Below, in pieces: positions 20,798 to 30,900 of a stretch of DNA of 64,000 nucleotides. The translations under genes were made by a program, and so were the position numbers. The notes under the pieces were generated by a model. It was not told where the DNA came from. It searched no databases and was given only the letters and a program-made list of their open reading frames with translations. Position 1 is the first letter of the stretch; the number at the start of each line of letters is the position of its first letter. This DNA is from a virus (Duplodnaviria > Caudoviricetes), in the IMG/VR virus record IMGVR_UViG_3300029928_000001, positions 32,001-96,000 of that record; one strand, written 5' to 3'.

Positions 20798-21598
20798 ATG
20801 AAAAAGATAATAAGTATTATATTAGCTGTTGCTGTCGGCGTTTCAATTATGATATATTCGCCAGCTTATGCTGATACACTTACAACTTCGGAAGATTACA
20901 TCCCTTCTGAAACCTTAATTCAAGGTAATATTACAGTGGTATCGGAAGAACGCGTACTTACCGATAATAAAGCAGAAGTTAAAAAACTTATGAAAAGCTG
21001 TAAAGAAAAAATGAATGCTGCTAAAAAAATGAAAAAAGCAGGTTATGATTTAGATTATGACGATAATCATGTCATTATTAAAACTGCTAAAAAAGAATGG
21101 TCAAATGCCAAAGCAGATTATGAGCATTATAAACAATTATATGATGAACTGTGTTGGCAAGAAAAAGTGGATAAATATCCTGTAGCGGCAGAAATTTGGT
21201 CATATTTAAAAGCGCAAGGTTATAATGACTATGTTTGTGCGGGAATACTTGGTAATATTATGACTGAAGTAGGGGGTCAAACACTCAATATTAAATATTG
21301 GACTTCTGGCAATGGATACTATGGTATGTGTCAATGGAGTGTCAAATATTTTCCTGGAGTGCTTGGCGCAGATTTAAAAGGACAATGTAAATTTTTAAGT
21401 CGTAATATAGAAAAGGCTTTTAATTCTTGGGGCTATCTATATTCTTCTGGCTTTGATTATAATTCATTTTGTAAATTAAAAAATGAAAAAGATGTAGCAT
21501 ATGCGTTTGCAAGATGTTATGAACGCTGTTCAAGTGCTTCTTATAGTCAAAGACAAGCTAACGCTACTAAAGCGTATAAATATTTTAAGGGGGCATAA
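20798..21598 (+). CDS. Secreted protein with phage-tail-lysozyme-like C-terminal domain
   Basis: Signal peptide MKKIISIILAVAVGVSIMIYSPAYA; AGILGNIMTE..YGMCQW..YER motifs. Confidence 0.7.
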   Translation: MKKIISIILAVAVGVSIMIYSPAYADTLTTSEDYIPSETLIQGNITVVSEERVLTDNKAEVKKLMKSCKEKMNAAKKMKKAGYDLDYDDNHVIIKTAKKEWSNAKADYEHYKQLYDELCWQEKVDKYPVAAEIWSYLKAQGYNDYVCAGILGNIMTEVGGQTLNIKYWTSGNGYYGMCQWSVKYFPGVLGADLKGQCKFLSRNIEKAFNSWGYLYSSGFDYNSFCKLKNEKDVAYAFARCYERCSSASYSQRQANATKAYKYFKGA

Positions 21599-21612
21599 GC
21601 CCCCTTATTTTT
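21587..21612 (+). terminator. Rho-independent terminator
   Basis: AAGGGGGC-ataa-GCCCCCTT then ATTTTT. Confidence 0.75.
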
Positions 21613-21708
21613 ATTTGGTTTTTGAAGCTTGGTTCGATGACGAAGGTATGATATCGTAAAACCGAAATAAAAAAGCCGCTACGATTTTTTGAACCAAATA
21701 GGGCAATT

Positions 21709-21737
21709 TTGACTTTTCATATAAAATTTGATATAAT
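21709..21737 (+). promoter_or_regulatory. sigmaA extended -10 promoter
   Basis: TTGACT-N17-TATAAT with TG. Confidence 0.7.
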
Positions 21738-21767
21738 ATATATAGAAGAAATAGATAGAAAGGAAAT

Positions 21768-22076
21768 GTGAAGATGAAAAAGAAATTAGATATCTTAACC
21801 AATAATGGAAAAACATATCTTGAAATAAATAGTTTAAATGAAATGATAAAAGAATATACTGAATTACAAAAACATTGTAATGGATATGCTTATGATAGCT
21901 TAGTATATAGATATCAATTTGTAAGAATGAAATTGGCTCAATATGATGCTGAAGAATATTTAATGATGAATGGCGGTTCTCGTATAGAAGCTCGAGCAAA
22001 AGCAAATGATTTAGCTCAAAGAGATATAATGCGTTTTGGACAAATTTTAGACGAAGTAATGAAGGAGCATGATTAA
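21768..22076 (+). CDS. Hypothetical protein
   Basis: GAAAGGA RBS, follows a promoter. Confidence 0.6.
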   Translation: MKMKKKLDILTNNGKTYLEINSLNEMIKEYTELQKHCNGYAYDSLVYRYQFVRMKLAQYDAEEYLMMNGGSRIEARAKANDLAQRDIMRFGQILDEVMKEHD

Positions 22077-22270
22077 TGATAGTTTGTGATAAATGTAGAG
22101 AAGAGAAAAAATTAACAAAATATATAATACCAAAAGAAGATTGGACAGGATGGAATGTTGAATATCGAGGTCAAATTTTAAAAAGTTTTACAGAATATAA
22201 AGTTCTTCCAACAGAAATAGAATTATGTAATGAATGCGCAACCGAGGTGGCAAGAAAAATATGGAATTAA
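22076..22270 (+). CDS. Small Zn-ribbon hypothetical protein
   Basis: CDKC...LCNEC; translationally coupled to the upstream gene. Confidence 0.6.
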   Translation: MIVCDKCREEKKLTKYIIPKEDWTGWNVEYRGQILKSFTEYKVLPTEIELCNECATEVARKIWN

Positions 22271-25200
22271 CTATACGTCAGCAAGAAGGATTGCGCATTG
22301 CGGTTGAGCGATACCATAATAGAGAACCTTATACCGTAATTAGCGGTTATGCGGGTGCGGGCAAGGCGCAACCAATAGAAACAATTATACCGACTCCAAA
22401 CGGAAAAAAGAAAATAGGAGAATTAAAAATAGGTGATTATGTTTTTGATCGTTTGGGTAAACCAACTAAAGTTTTAGGCATATATCCGCAAGGAAAAAGA
22501 AAAAAATATGAAATTACTTTAGCTGATGGACGAAAAACTATTTGTGCTGATGATCATTTATGGAGTTACTATACCAGTCGAGGTAATTTAAATACAAAAA
22601 CAACACAAGAAATGTTAAATAGTGGCTTAAGAAATTCTAGTGGATTTAAATATAAAATTCCAAATAATCAAGCTGTAGAATATCCTAAGCAAGAATTTAT
22701 TATTGATCCTTATATGATGGGAGTATTTTTAGGTGATGGATGTTGCAAAGAAAGATATTTAACGCTATCTTCTGAAACTGATGAAATTCCTAAAAATATT
22801 GGAGAAATAATTGGTGCAATTCCTTATAAAAGTTCTATAAATAATTATAGTTGGACATTTGAATGGATTGAACATACGGAAACAGTTAAATGGAATAATT
22901 CTAATAGAATAGAAGAGCGAAAAAAACCAAAAACAATAGATTATTTTCAACCATATGAAAAATATTTGTTATGTTATGCTCAAGAAAAAGATATACCTCC
23001 AGAGTATAAATTAGGAAGTATACAACAAAGATTAGAATTAATCCAAGGCCTCTTAGATACAGATGGCTCAATTAGTCAACATGATCAAAATCGTTTCAAT
23101 ATAAGATTTACTTCGACAAGTATTAAACTAGTTCAAAGTTTACAAGAAATTTTATATAGTTTAGGATATGCATCTACAATAACTGAAGATAATCGTAATG
23201 AAAAATATACAAATGAAATCTGCTATGGGTTAAATATTAATATTCCAAATGAAGAAAAATATAAATTATTTCGCTTAAAGAGAAAAAAAGATATAGCGGA
23301 AAAAGCCAAAGAATTTCATAAACATAAAGATTATAATAAAATTTCTATTATTGATATTCAACCTTTACAAGAAGAAGCAGAAATGGTTTGTATTTATGTA
23401 GAAAATGATGAACATTTATATTTAACTAATGATTATATAGTAACGCATAATACTACACTTGTAAAATTCATCATAGCAGCTCTTGACCTTAATCCGGAGA
23501 AAGATGTTGCTTATGTGGCATTCACAGGCAAAGCGGCCACGGTCCTCTCAAAGAAAGGTAATCCAAACGCTATGACAGCGCATAAGCTTCTTTATACTGC
23601 TCGTCAAAAATCCGATGGAACTTTTTTCTTTATTCCTAATCCTCCGGGTTCTTTAGAATATAAAGTCATAGTATTAGATGAATGTTCTATGCTCCCAAAA
23701 GGTATGTGGGATAGGCTACTCAGCCATGGAGTTTACGTGATAGCCTGCGGAGATCCGGCTTAACTAGGAGGAAATGGGTCGGATTTAAAAAAATTGGTTT
23801 AATTGCGGGGATATCCTTAGAGGTTGCTCATACCAACTTAAAATAGTGATATTTTAAGGGCGAAAAGTAATGTTGGAGATATAGGTAAAAATTGGGCGAC
23901 ATTGGACAACCCGCAGCTAAGTTTCTTTAAATATTTATGAAATTAAAAGAAAGGATAAAAATATGAATGGGAAAAAGAAAAACACAAGAGCAATTTGAAC
24001 AAGATGTATTTGAGCGCTTAGGCGAAAATTATGAATTATTGAGTCCATATCCTGGCGCTCATGGAAAAGTGTTAATGAAGCATTTTATCTGTGGAAATAC
24101 TTTTCAAAAAAATGTTCATGATATTATTAGTAAACGAAGTGGATGTCCATATTGTAATGGAGCAAAACCGGCTTTGTATAATGAAAAATGGGTGAAAGAT
24201 AATACACCTGAACCATATGAATATCGTTCAGGATATAGTAAAATGAAAGAAAAATGTATATTTTATTGCAAAAAATGCAATAGCGAATTTGAACAATCTC
24301 CTAGTAGATTAATTAATGAACATATTTATGGATGTAATTGTTGTCCAACAAAAAAATGGTCTAATGAAGAATTTTTATCACAATTAGGCGAGACTTGTTT
24401 AAATGAGTATGAAGTTTTGGAAGAATATATTACAACTGATACTCCAATTCGTTTTAAGCATAAAAAATGTGATACAACATTTTCTTTATCTCCTTATAGA
24501 TTTATTTATCGACATAATAAAAAATATTGCCCAATTTGTTATTATAAAAAATCTCAAGGAGAAGTAATAATTACTACTTTTTTAAAGAATAATAATATAG
24601 ATTATCAAAAAGAATTTATATTTTCTGACTTACCACAAAGACGTTTTGATTTCTTTTTGCCAGAAGAACAAATAGCTATTGAATTTGATGGTAAACAACA
24701 TTTTGAATATATCCCATTTTTACATAATAATAACATTGAAAATTTTTATTTAACTCAACAAAGAGATCAAGAAAAAAATGATTTTTGTTTATTAAATAAT
24801 ATTAAATTATTTAGATTTTCTTATATAGATTTAGATAATTTAGAAGAAATACTCCAACAAATATTTAAAGAAAAAAGTTCAACGACTATCGAAAAATATT
24901 TAGTAAAAAATATGAAGTAGAGTAGAGAATAAGCTAATGATTCTCGAAACAGCCAACATAGAAGATATAGTCTGTTCTTATAAGAAATTATAAGCCCTAT
25001 GGGGAAAAGAGTTGCGTCTTTTCCTAAACAATATAAACAATTACCTCCAATTAATCCCGAAGACGACAACCATGCGCTCGACAAACCGCATATTTTCCTT
25101 GATGAAATTATGCGTCAAGCGCAAGATAGTGAAATTATTAGATTATCTATGTGGGTGCGTGAAGGGCATGATATAAAAGATTTTAACTGTTCAAATAAAC

Positions 25201-25817
25201 AAGTAAAAATTCTTTCAAAAAATGAATTAGTGTCAGGTGTATATAGCTGGGCTGATCAAATTCTTTGCGCTACTAATGCGACTCGCAATAATATTAATGC
25301 TTTAATGCGTCAGTATAAAGGTTTTGGATCTACACCTGAAGTAGGAGATAAAATTGTATCTTTATCTAATCATTGGGAGTATTTATCTAAAAATAAAACG
25401 AATATTCTTACAAATGGTTCTATTGGATATATTACTAATTTTAAAATAAAAAAAGAATATTTTCCTCGATACATTACTTCTGAGCCAATAGATTATATGT
25501 ATACAACTATGAAATTGGAAGATGAAGAAGATTATTTTTGTAATATGCCTATTGATTATAACACTTTATTAAATAATCAAAAATCTTTAACATTAAGACA
25601 AAGTGCGCAGATTAAGAAAAGTAAACAAGTGTTTATTGATCCGCCTTATGATTTCGCTTATGCGTACGCGATGACCTATTGGAAAGCCCAAGGTAGTGAA
25701 TGGAATAAAGTTTTAGTAATGGAAGAAAATTTTCCTTATGATAAAATAGAACATCGACGAGCAATGTATACAGCTTGTACAAGAGCTTCTGAAAAATTAG
25801 TATTAATTTTAAATTAA
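22261..25817 (+). CDS. Dda/RecD-like SF1B helicase with intein and intron; exons 22261-23760 and 25038-25817
   Basis: GYAGAGK|TT, AFTGKAA, LDECSM, GDPA|QLPP, TYWKAQGSEW and YTACTRA motifs. Confidence 0.85.
22366..23451 (+). mobile_element. Ala1 (class 3-type) intein, 362 aa, with LAGLIDADG domain
   Basis: GK|AQP...DHLW...MVC...VTHN|T; MGVFLGDG and IQGLLDTDG. Confidence 0.9.
23761..25037 (+). mobile_element. Group I intron in the helicase gene; apparent terminal A
   Basis: IGS GGTCGGAT pairs ATCCGGCT; P7 GACTA (24884)/TAGTC (24968); 3' junction inferred from GDPA|QLPP. Confidence 0.8.
23967..24932 (+). CDS. Intron-encoded endonuclease (Zn ribbons + Vsr/PD-(D/E)xK-like domain)
   Basis: Repeated H/C..C...CP.C units; RFDFFLPEEQIAIEFDGKQH; with TAG=Gln it ends at TAA 24930-24932. 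Confidence 0.75.
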
Positions 25818-25888
25818 CACCGGTCATAAATATATGAAATACTGCTCATAAAATTCATATATAATAGAAAATAAAAAAGGAGGTATTT

Positions 25889-26671
25889 ATGAGTAAATTA
25901 ATTGATTTAACCGGTCAAGATTTTGGCTATTGGCATGTAATAGAACGAGCAGAAAATAGAGCTAATGGCAGAGCTTATTGGAAATGTAAATGCACCGCTT
26001 GTGGAACAATTAAAGATGTTTGTGGAAGTCATTTACGAGCGGGCCATACTACCAATTGTGGTTGTATTCGTATGGAAAAAATACGGCAAGCCAATATTAA
26101 ACATGAAGAAGGTAAAACTTATGGTTTCCTTTACGTAAATCGCATTGCTACAAAAGAAGAGAAACCTCAAAATAATAGAGCAGGAATCTATTGGAATTGT
26201 ACTTGTACAAAATGCGGAAGAGAAAATATTATTGTATTAGGTGATTATTTAAGAAATGGCGATACTAAAAGTTGTGGTTGTTTGAATAGCTTTAATGAAA
26301 GCAAAATTTGTCAAATTTTAGATAATATGAATATACAATATAAACAACAAATTAGCTTTAAGGAATTAAGTAGTAATTTATCTTTTGATATTGGTATTTA
26401 CAATAATAATATTTTACTTTATATAATTGAATATGATGGAATTCAACATTTTGAAATTGGACATTTTAAAGACACTTATTATAAAACGCATGATAATGAT
26501 TTAATAAAAAATAAATATTGTTTTGATTATCATATTCCATTAATTAGAATACCTTATATTTATGAAAATAAATATACAATTCAAGATTTACAATTAACGA
26601 CTACTCGATTTTTACTTACGCCTGAAAATGAGAAAGAATATTATGAAAAATATAGTAACAATAGATTTTGA
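25889..26671 (+). CDS. Free-standing putative homing endonuclease, same family as 7256-8101
   Basis: DLTGQDFG..W.CKC..CG..CGC repeats; FDIGIY..IIEYDGIQH. Confidence 0.7.
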   Translation: MSKLIDLTGQDFGYWHVIERAENRANGRAYWKCKCTACGTIKDVCGSHLRAGHTTNCGCIRMEKIRQANIKHEEGKTYGFLYVNRIATKEEKPQNNRAGIYWNCTCTKCGRENIIVLGDYLRNGDTKSCGCLNSFNESKICQILDNMNIQYKQQISFKELSSNLSFDIGIYNNNILLYIIEYDGIQHFEIGHFKDTYYKTHDNDLIKNKYCFDYHIPLIRIPYIYENKYTIQDLQLTTTRFLLTPENEKEYYEKYSNNRF

Positions 26672-27296
26672 TATAATCATGGCGCCATGCATTCAATTAT
26701 ATAATAATATGGTGCCAAATTTCTCTTGGGATGACTTAAAGCGCAGTTTTCCTTAGATGCAATTATTAAATGCTGATTTAATTCATTATCAACGATTAAC
26801 CAAATGGTTATATGAAATTATTAAAAAAATATCAAAAGAAAATATAATTTTTATAGAAAATCATGCTGCTATTAATAAATATTTACCAAGAGAAAAAATG
26901 AATGTTTATAATATAGACCATCATCATGATTGCGGCTATGGTTTAAAAACAGAAGAATCTGAAAGTTTAAATTGTGGAAATTGGGTATATGACATATCGC
27001 GACATGGTTTTTTAAATACATATACTTGGATAAAAAATATTAGTTCTAGTCAAGAAAAAGAAAAATATGAAGGATTAATCAATTATCAATTTGATTTATT
27101 AGATTATGATTTAGAAAAATTACCTAAGCCTGATTTACTTATTCTTTGTTTGTCAGAGCCATGGACGCCTCCAGAGTATCGACCATTATTTTATTTATGG
27201 AAAGATTTATTAGAACGGTATTATCAAACTGAATTTACAATGGATTATCAAATTGATTTTAATAAAGAGGATTATTATGGGACTTTATACAACTAA
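26643..27296 (+). CDS. Arginase/UPF0489-like metallohydrolase-fold protein (TAG at codon 38)
   Basis: MKNIVTIDFD...FP(TAG)MQ is in frame with the 26757 ORF; NIDHHHD, LNCGNW and CLSEPWTP. Confidence 0.55.
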
Positions 27297-27897
27297 TGGA
27301 TTATATAATGGTTATGATAAAAAAAATAAAGAACGAGAAGCATTAGATTACTATGCTACTCCAACAACAGAGGTAGAAAATATATTAGAAACTTTAAAAA
27401 TAGATTTAAATAATAAAATTATTCTTGAACCTTGCGCAGGCGGTGGACATATGGTGCAGGGGATAGAAAATTATTGTATAAATAATAACTATGCACCTAA
27501 AAAAATTATTAAAACTGATATTATTGACAGAGGTCGCCCTAATTGTTTAACTGGAAAAGAATATGATTTTTTTAGTGATGAATATCCTATTAACAAGGCT
27601 GATATTATTATTATGAATCCGCCTTATTCTTGCATTGAAGGTTTTATGATTCGAGCTTTAGAAATTGCTCCAATTGTAATTATGCTAGGACGTACACAAA
27701 CTCTTGAAGGAAAAGATCGATATGAAAATATTTTTAGAGTAAATCCACCTTCAAGCATTTATCAATATGTTGATAGGATTAATTGTTGGAAAAATGGCGA
27801 AAAACCAAAACAAAGTTCAGCACAAGCATATGCTTGGTTTATTTGGGATAAAGAAAAAATAGGAACTAATTTATTTTGGCTAAGACGAAAGAATTGA
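27277..27897 (+). CDS. Amino-DNA methyltransferase (N6A/N4C)
   Basis: DYYATP, ILEPCAGGG SAM-binding motif, NPPY catalytic motif. Confidence 0.8.
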   Translation: MGLYTTNGLYNGYDKKNKEREALDYYATPTTEVENILETLKIDLNNKIILEPCAGGGHMVQGIENYCINNNYAPKKIIKTDIIDRGRPNCLTGKEYDFFSDEYPINKADIIIMNPPYSCIEGFMIRALEIAPIVIMLGRTQTLEGKDRYENIFRVNPPSSIYQYVDRINCWKNGEKPKQSSAQAYAWFIWDKEKIGTNLFWLRRKN

Positions 27898-27922
27898 TTT
27901 ATTATATAAAATATGATATAAT
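27894..27922 (+). promoter_or_regulatory. sigmaA extended -10 promoter for dnaE
   Basis: TTGATT-N17-TATAAT with TG. Confidence 0.7.
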
Positions 27923-27956
27923 ATAATATAATCAAAAAGGAGGTGCTGCCAACATA

Positions 27957-30900
27957 ATGAGTATAAAACGTTTTGAAATACATTCACACACTCATTATTC
28001 TTAACTCTAATCTAAGACTTATAGACTCCATTAATCATCCAAAAGATTTGATTAATAAAGCTATTGAGTTAGGGTATTGTGGAATAGCAATTACTGACCA
28101 TGAATGTTTAAGTGCTGCAATGGAAGTAAATCAATACGCTAAAAAAATAAAAGAAAAATATCCAGATTTTAAAATTGCTTTAGGTAATGAAATTTATCTA
28201 ACAGACAATAGAGATCGTGGGCAAAAATATTATCATTTTATTTTAATTGCTAAAGATGAATATGGTTTTAAAGCATTAAAAGAAATGAGCACAATTGCTT
28301 GGGATAACATATATACAGATAGAAAAATGGAGCGTGTCCCTTTATTAAAAACAGAACTTAAGCAAGTAATGTCAAAATATAAAGGTCATATTATTGCTAC
28401 AACTGCTTGTATTGGTGGAGAATTATCTCAATTATTACTGCAATTAGTTGAAGCAAGAAAACAAGATGATAAGCAAAAAGCTAAAATTACTTATAAAAAA
28501 ATTATTGATTTTATTGAATTTTGTTTAGATGTATTTGGGCAAGATTTTTTTATTGAATGCGCGCCATCTGATTTCAAAGATCAGATTATTGTAAATCAAC
28601 AATTATATAAGGTAGCACAAGTTTATGGCATTGATATGGTTGTTGGTACTGATGCGCATTATTTAACAGCAGAAGAGCGTCCAATGCACACAGCATATCT
28701 TAATTCAAAAGATGGCGAACGAGAAGTTGATGCTTTTTATCATTACGCTCATCTTATGGATTTTGAAGAATGTGAACGATTATTGAATTTAAGTTTTAAT
28801 GATTTAGATATCGTTCATACAATTATGTCTAATAATAATAAAATTTATGATAAAATACAAGAGTATGATTTAGCTAGAAAACAAATTATTCCAAAAGTAA
28901 CGGTAAAAAATTATCCAAAATTAAGTAAAATAATTGATGAAATAAATTATCCTGTTTTATCTCAACTATTTATTTCAGATGAAATTCAAGAAAGATATTG
29001 GGTAAACGAATGTTGGAATGAATTAAATAATAAACAATTAGTAAATCCTGAATATATTAAACGACTTGAAATTGAAGCTGACATTATTAAATATATTGGA
29101 ACACAATTAGAAGATTGCCTTTTTGCTTATTTTAATACATTTAAACATTATATTGATTTATTTTGGGAATGCGGCTCGATTGTCGGTCCTGGACGTGGTT
29201 CAGCTACAGGTTTTTTAAGTAATTTCTTATTGGGTATTACTCAATTAGATCCAATTCGTTGGGGGCTGCCGTATTGGCGTTTCTTGAATAAAGAACGTGT
29301 GGAGCTTCCAGACATCGATATAGACCTCGCACCGTCAAAACGCCCAGCAATTTTTGAAGCAATTCGTAAAGAAAGAGGAAGATATGGATTAGTACAAGTG
29401 GCTACTTTTGGTACTGAAGGGACTAAATCGGCAATCCTTACTGCGTGTTTCAAAAAAGGCACTAAAGTAAATACTATTAATGGAGATAAAAATATTGAAG
29501 ATATTCAAGCCGGAGATTTAGTAAAAACTTCTGAAGGATATGAAAAAGTTATTGCTCCTACAATTTTTACAGGAACCCCTTCCTATTGTATCAAGACAAA
29601 AAATTCTACAGTAAAAAATTTTTACTGTACTTCAGATCATGAAATTCTTGCAATAAAAAGAACTAGAAGAACGGAAGGCGATAATGTTGATATAAATACT
29701 TTTAAAACATTATTTCCTGAAATTAAAGATTTACCTTCTACAAATAAATTTTATGATGTGAGAAGAAGAAATTGTAAAAAAATTTCTCCTAAATGGGTTC
29801 CCGCAAAAGAAATCGGAGATAATTATTATGGATTAACTTTAATTGATAATACTGTTAATAATATAGCTGAAATTCATTGGGAAAATAATTTTTATCAACG
29901 TTTTGGAATCGGTATAAATAACAATATCCCAATTTCAAATGATTTTTGTGAATTAGTGGGAATTTGGCTAGCCGAAGGAAGTATTAATAAAGCTAATAAT
30001 ACGGTAAGTTTTACAATAAAACAAAAAGAAGAGGCATTAACAAAAAGAATTATTGAATTAATGTGGAAAGTATTTTCTTTAGACAATGCTTGTATAACCG
30101 ATAGGGATAGCTCCGCTGCAAGGACTATTGCATATTCTTCTTCCCAACTTGCCAATTTCTTTTTACAGTTATTTGATAACACAGGAATTTGGAAAGAAAA
30201 AAGATCTGATAATTCTTATCATTATTTAACTCAATGGGATAAAAAATTACCAGATATTTTACGTTATATAGACCCTAAAAAACAACTTCAAATTTTTAAA
30301 GGATGGTTTTTAGGAGATGGATATGCTCGTTCTGAAGATTTGGGGGATCGTCAAGCCAAAGGAACGACTGTATCTAAAAGACTTGCTGATGATATGATTT
30401 TTATTTTACATAGAAATTTTATTAATCCAAGTATTGATATTGAAAAAAGAAGTCTAAATCGATCTGACAGATGTGATTGTTATAATATTTCACTATATGG
30501 AAATTATGCTACATATTTATATAATTACAAATATGTTAATAAAGATTTCTCTCAAATTTTAGAATTTCCTATTGAATGTATGCGAAGCATTGACGTTCCG
30601 GTAATTTATAATTCTAAATTATATTTAAAAACTAAGATACAAGGAACTTATATTCCAGAAGAAACAGAAGATATCGTATATTGTTTAAAGATGCCTCATG
30701 GCAACTTTTCTGTGAATAATACCCTTGTCCATAACTGTAGAGGATATCGATCTGATGAGTTTCCAGCAGGAATTAATATCGAAGATGCTCAATATATGTC
30801 AGGACTAATTCCACAAGAAAGAGGATTCTTATGGGATATAAAAGATGTCGTATATGGTAATGAAGAAAAGAAAAGAAATCCTGTATCAGCTTTTATAAAA

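Noticed and set aside
21625-21670. GGTTCGA as a tRNA T-loop (possible suppressor tRNA) or a hammerhead core
   Set aside because: No matching T-stem, anticodon arm or acceptor stem, and no CTGANGA core
24999-25817. Independent gene starting MGKRVASF
   Set aside because: The ATG lies within the intron P9-region hairpins; the downstream sequence is the second half of the helicase
27973-28005. TTG 27973 as the dnaE start
   Set aside because: No RBS at suitable spacing, and it loses the HxHTxYS PHP motif encoded from ATG 27957
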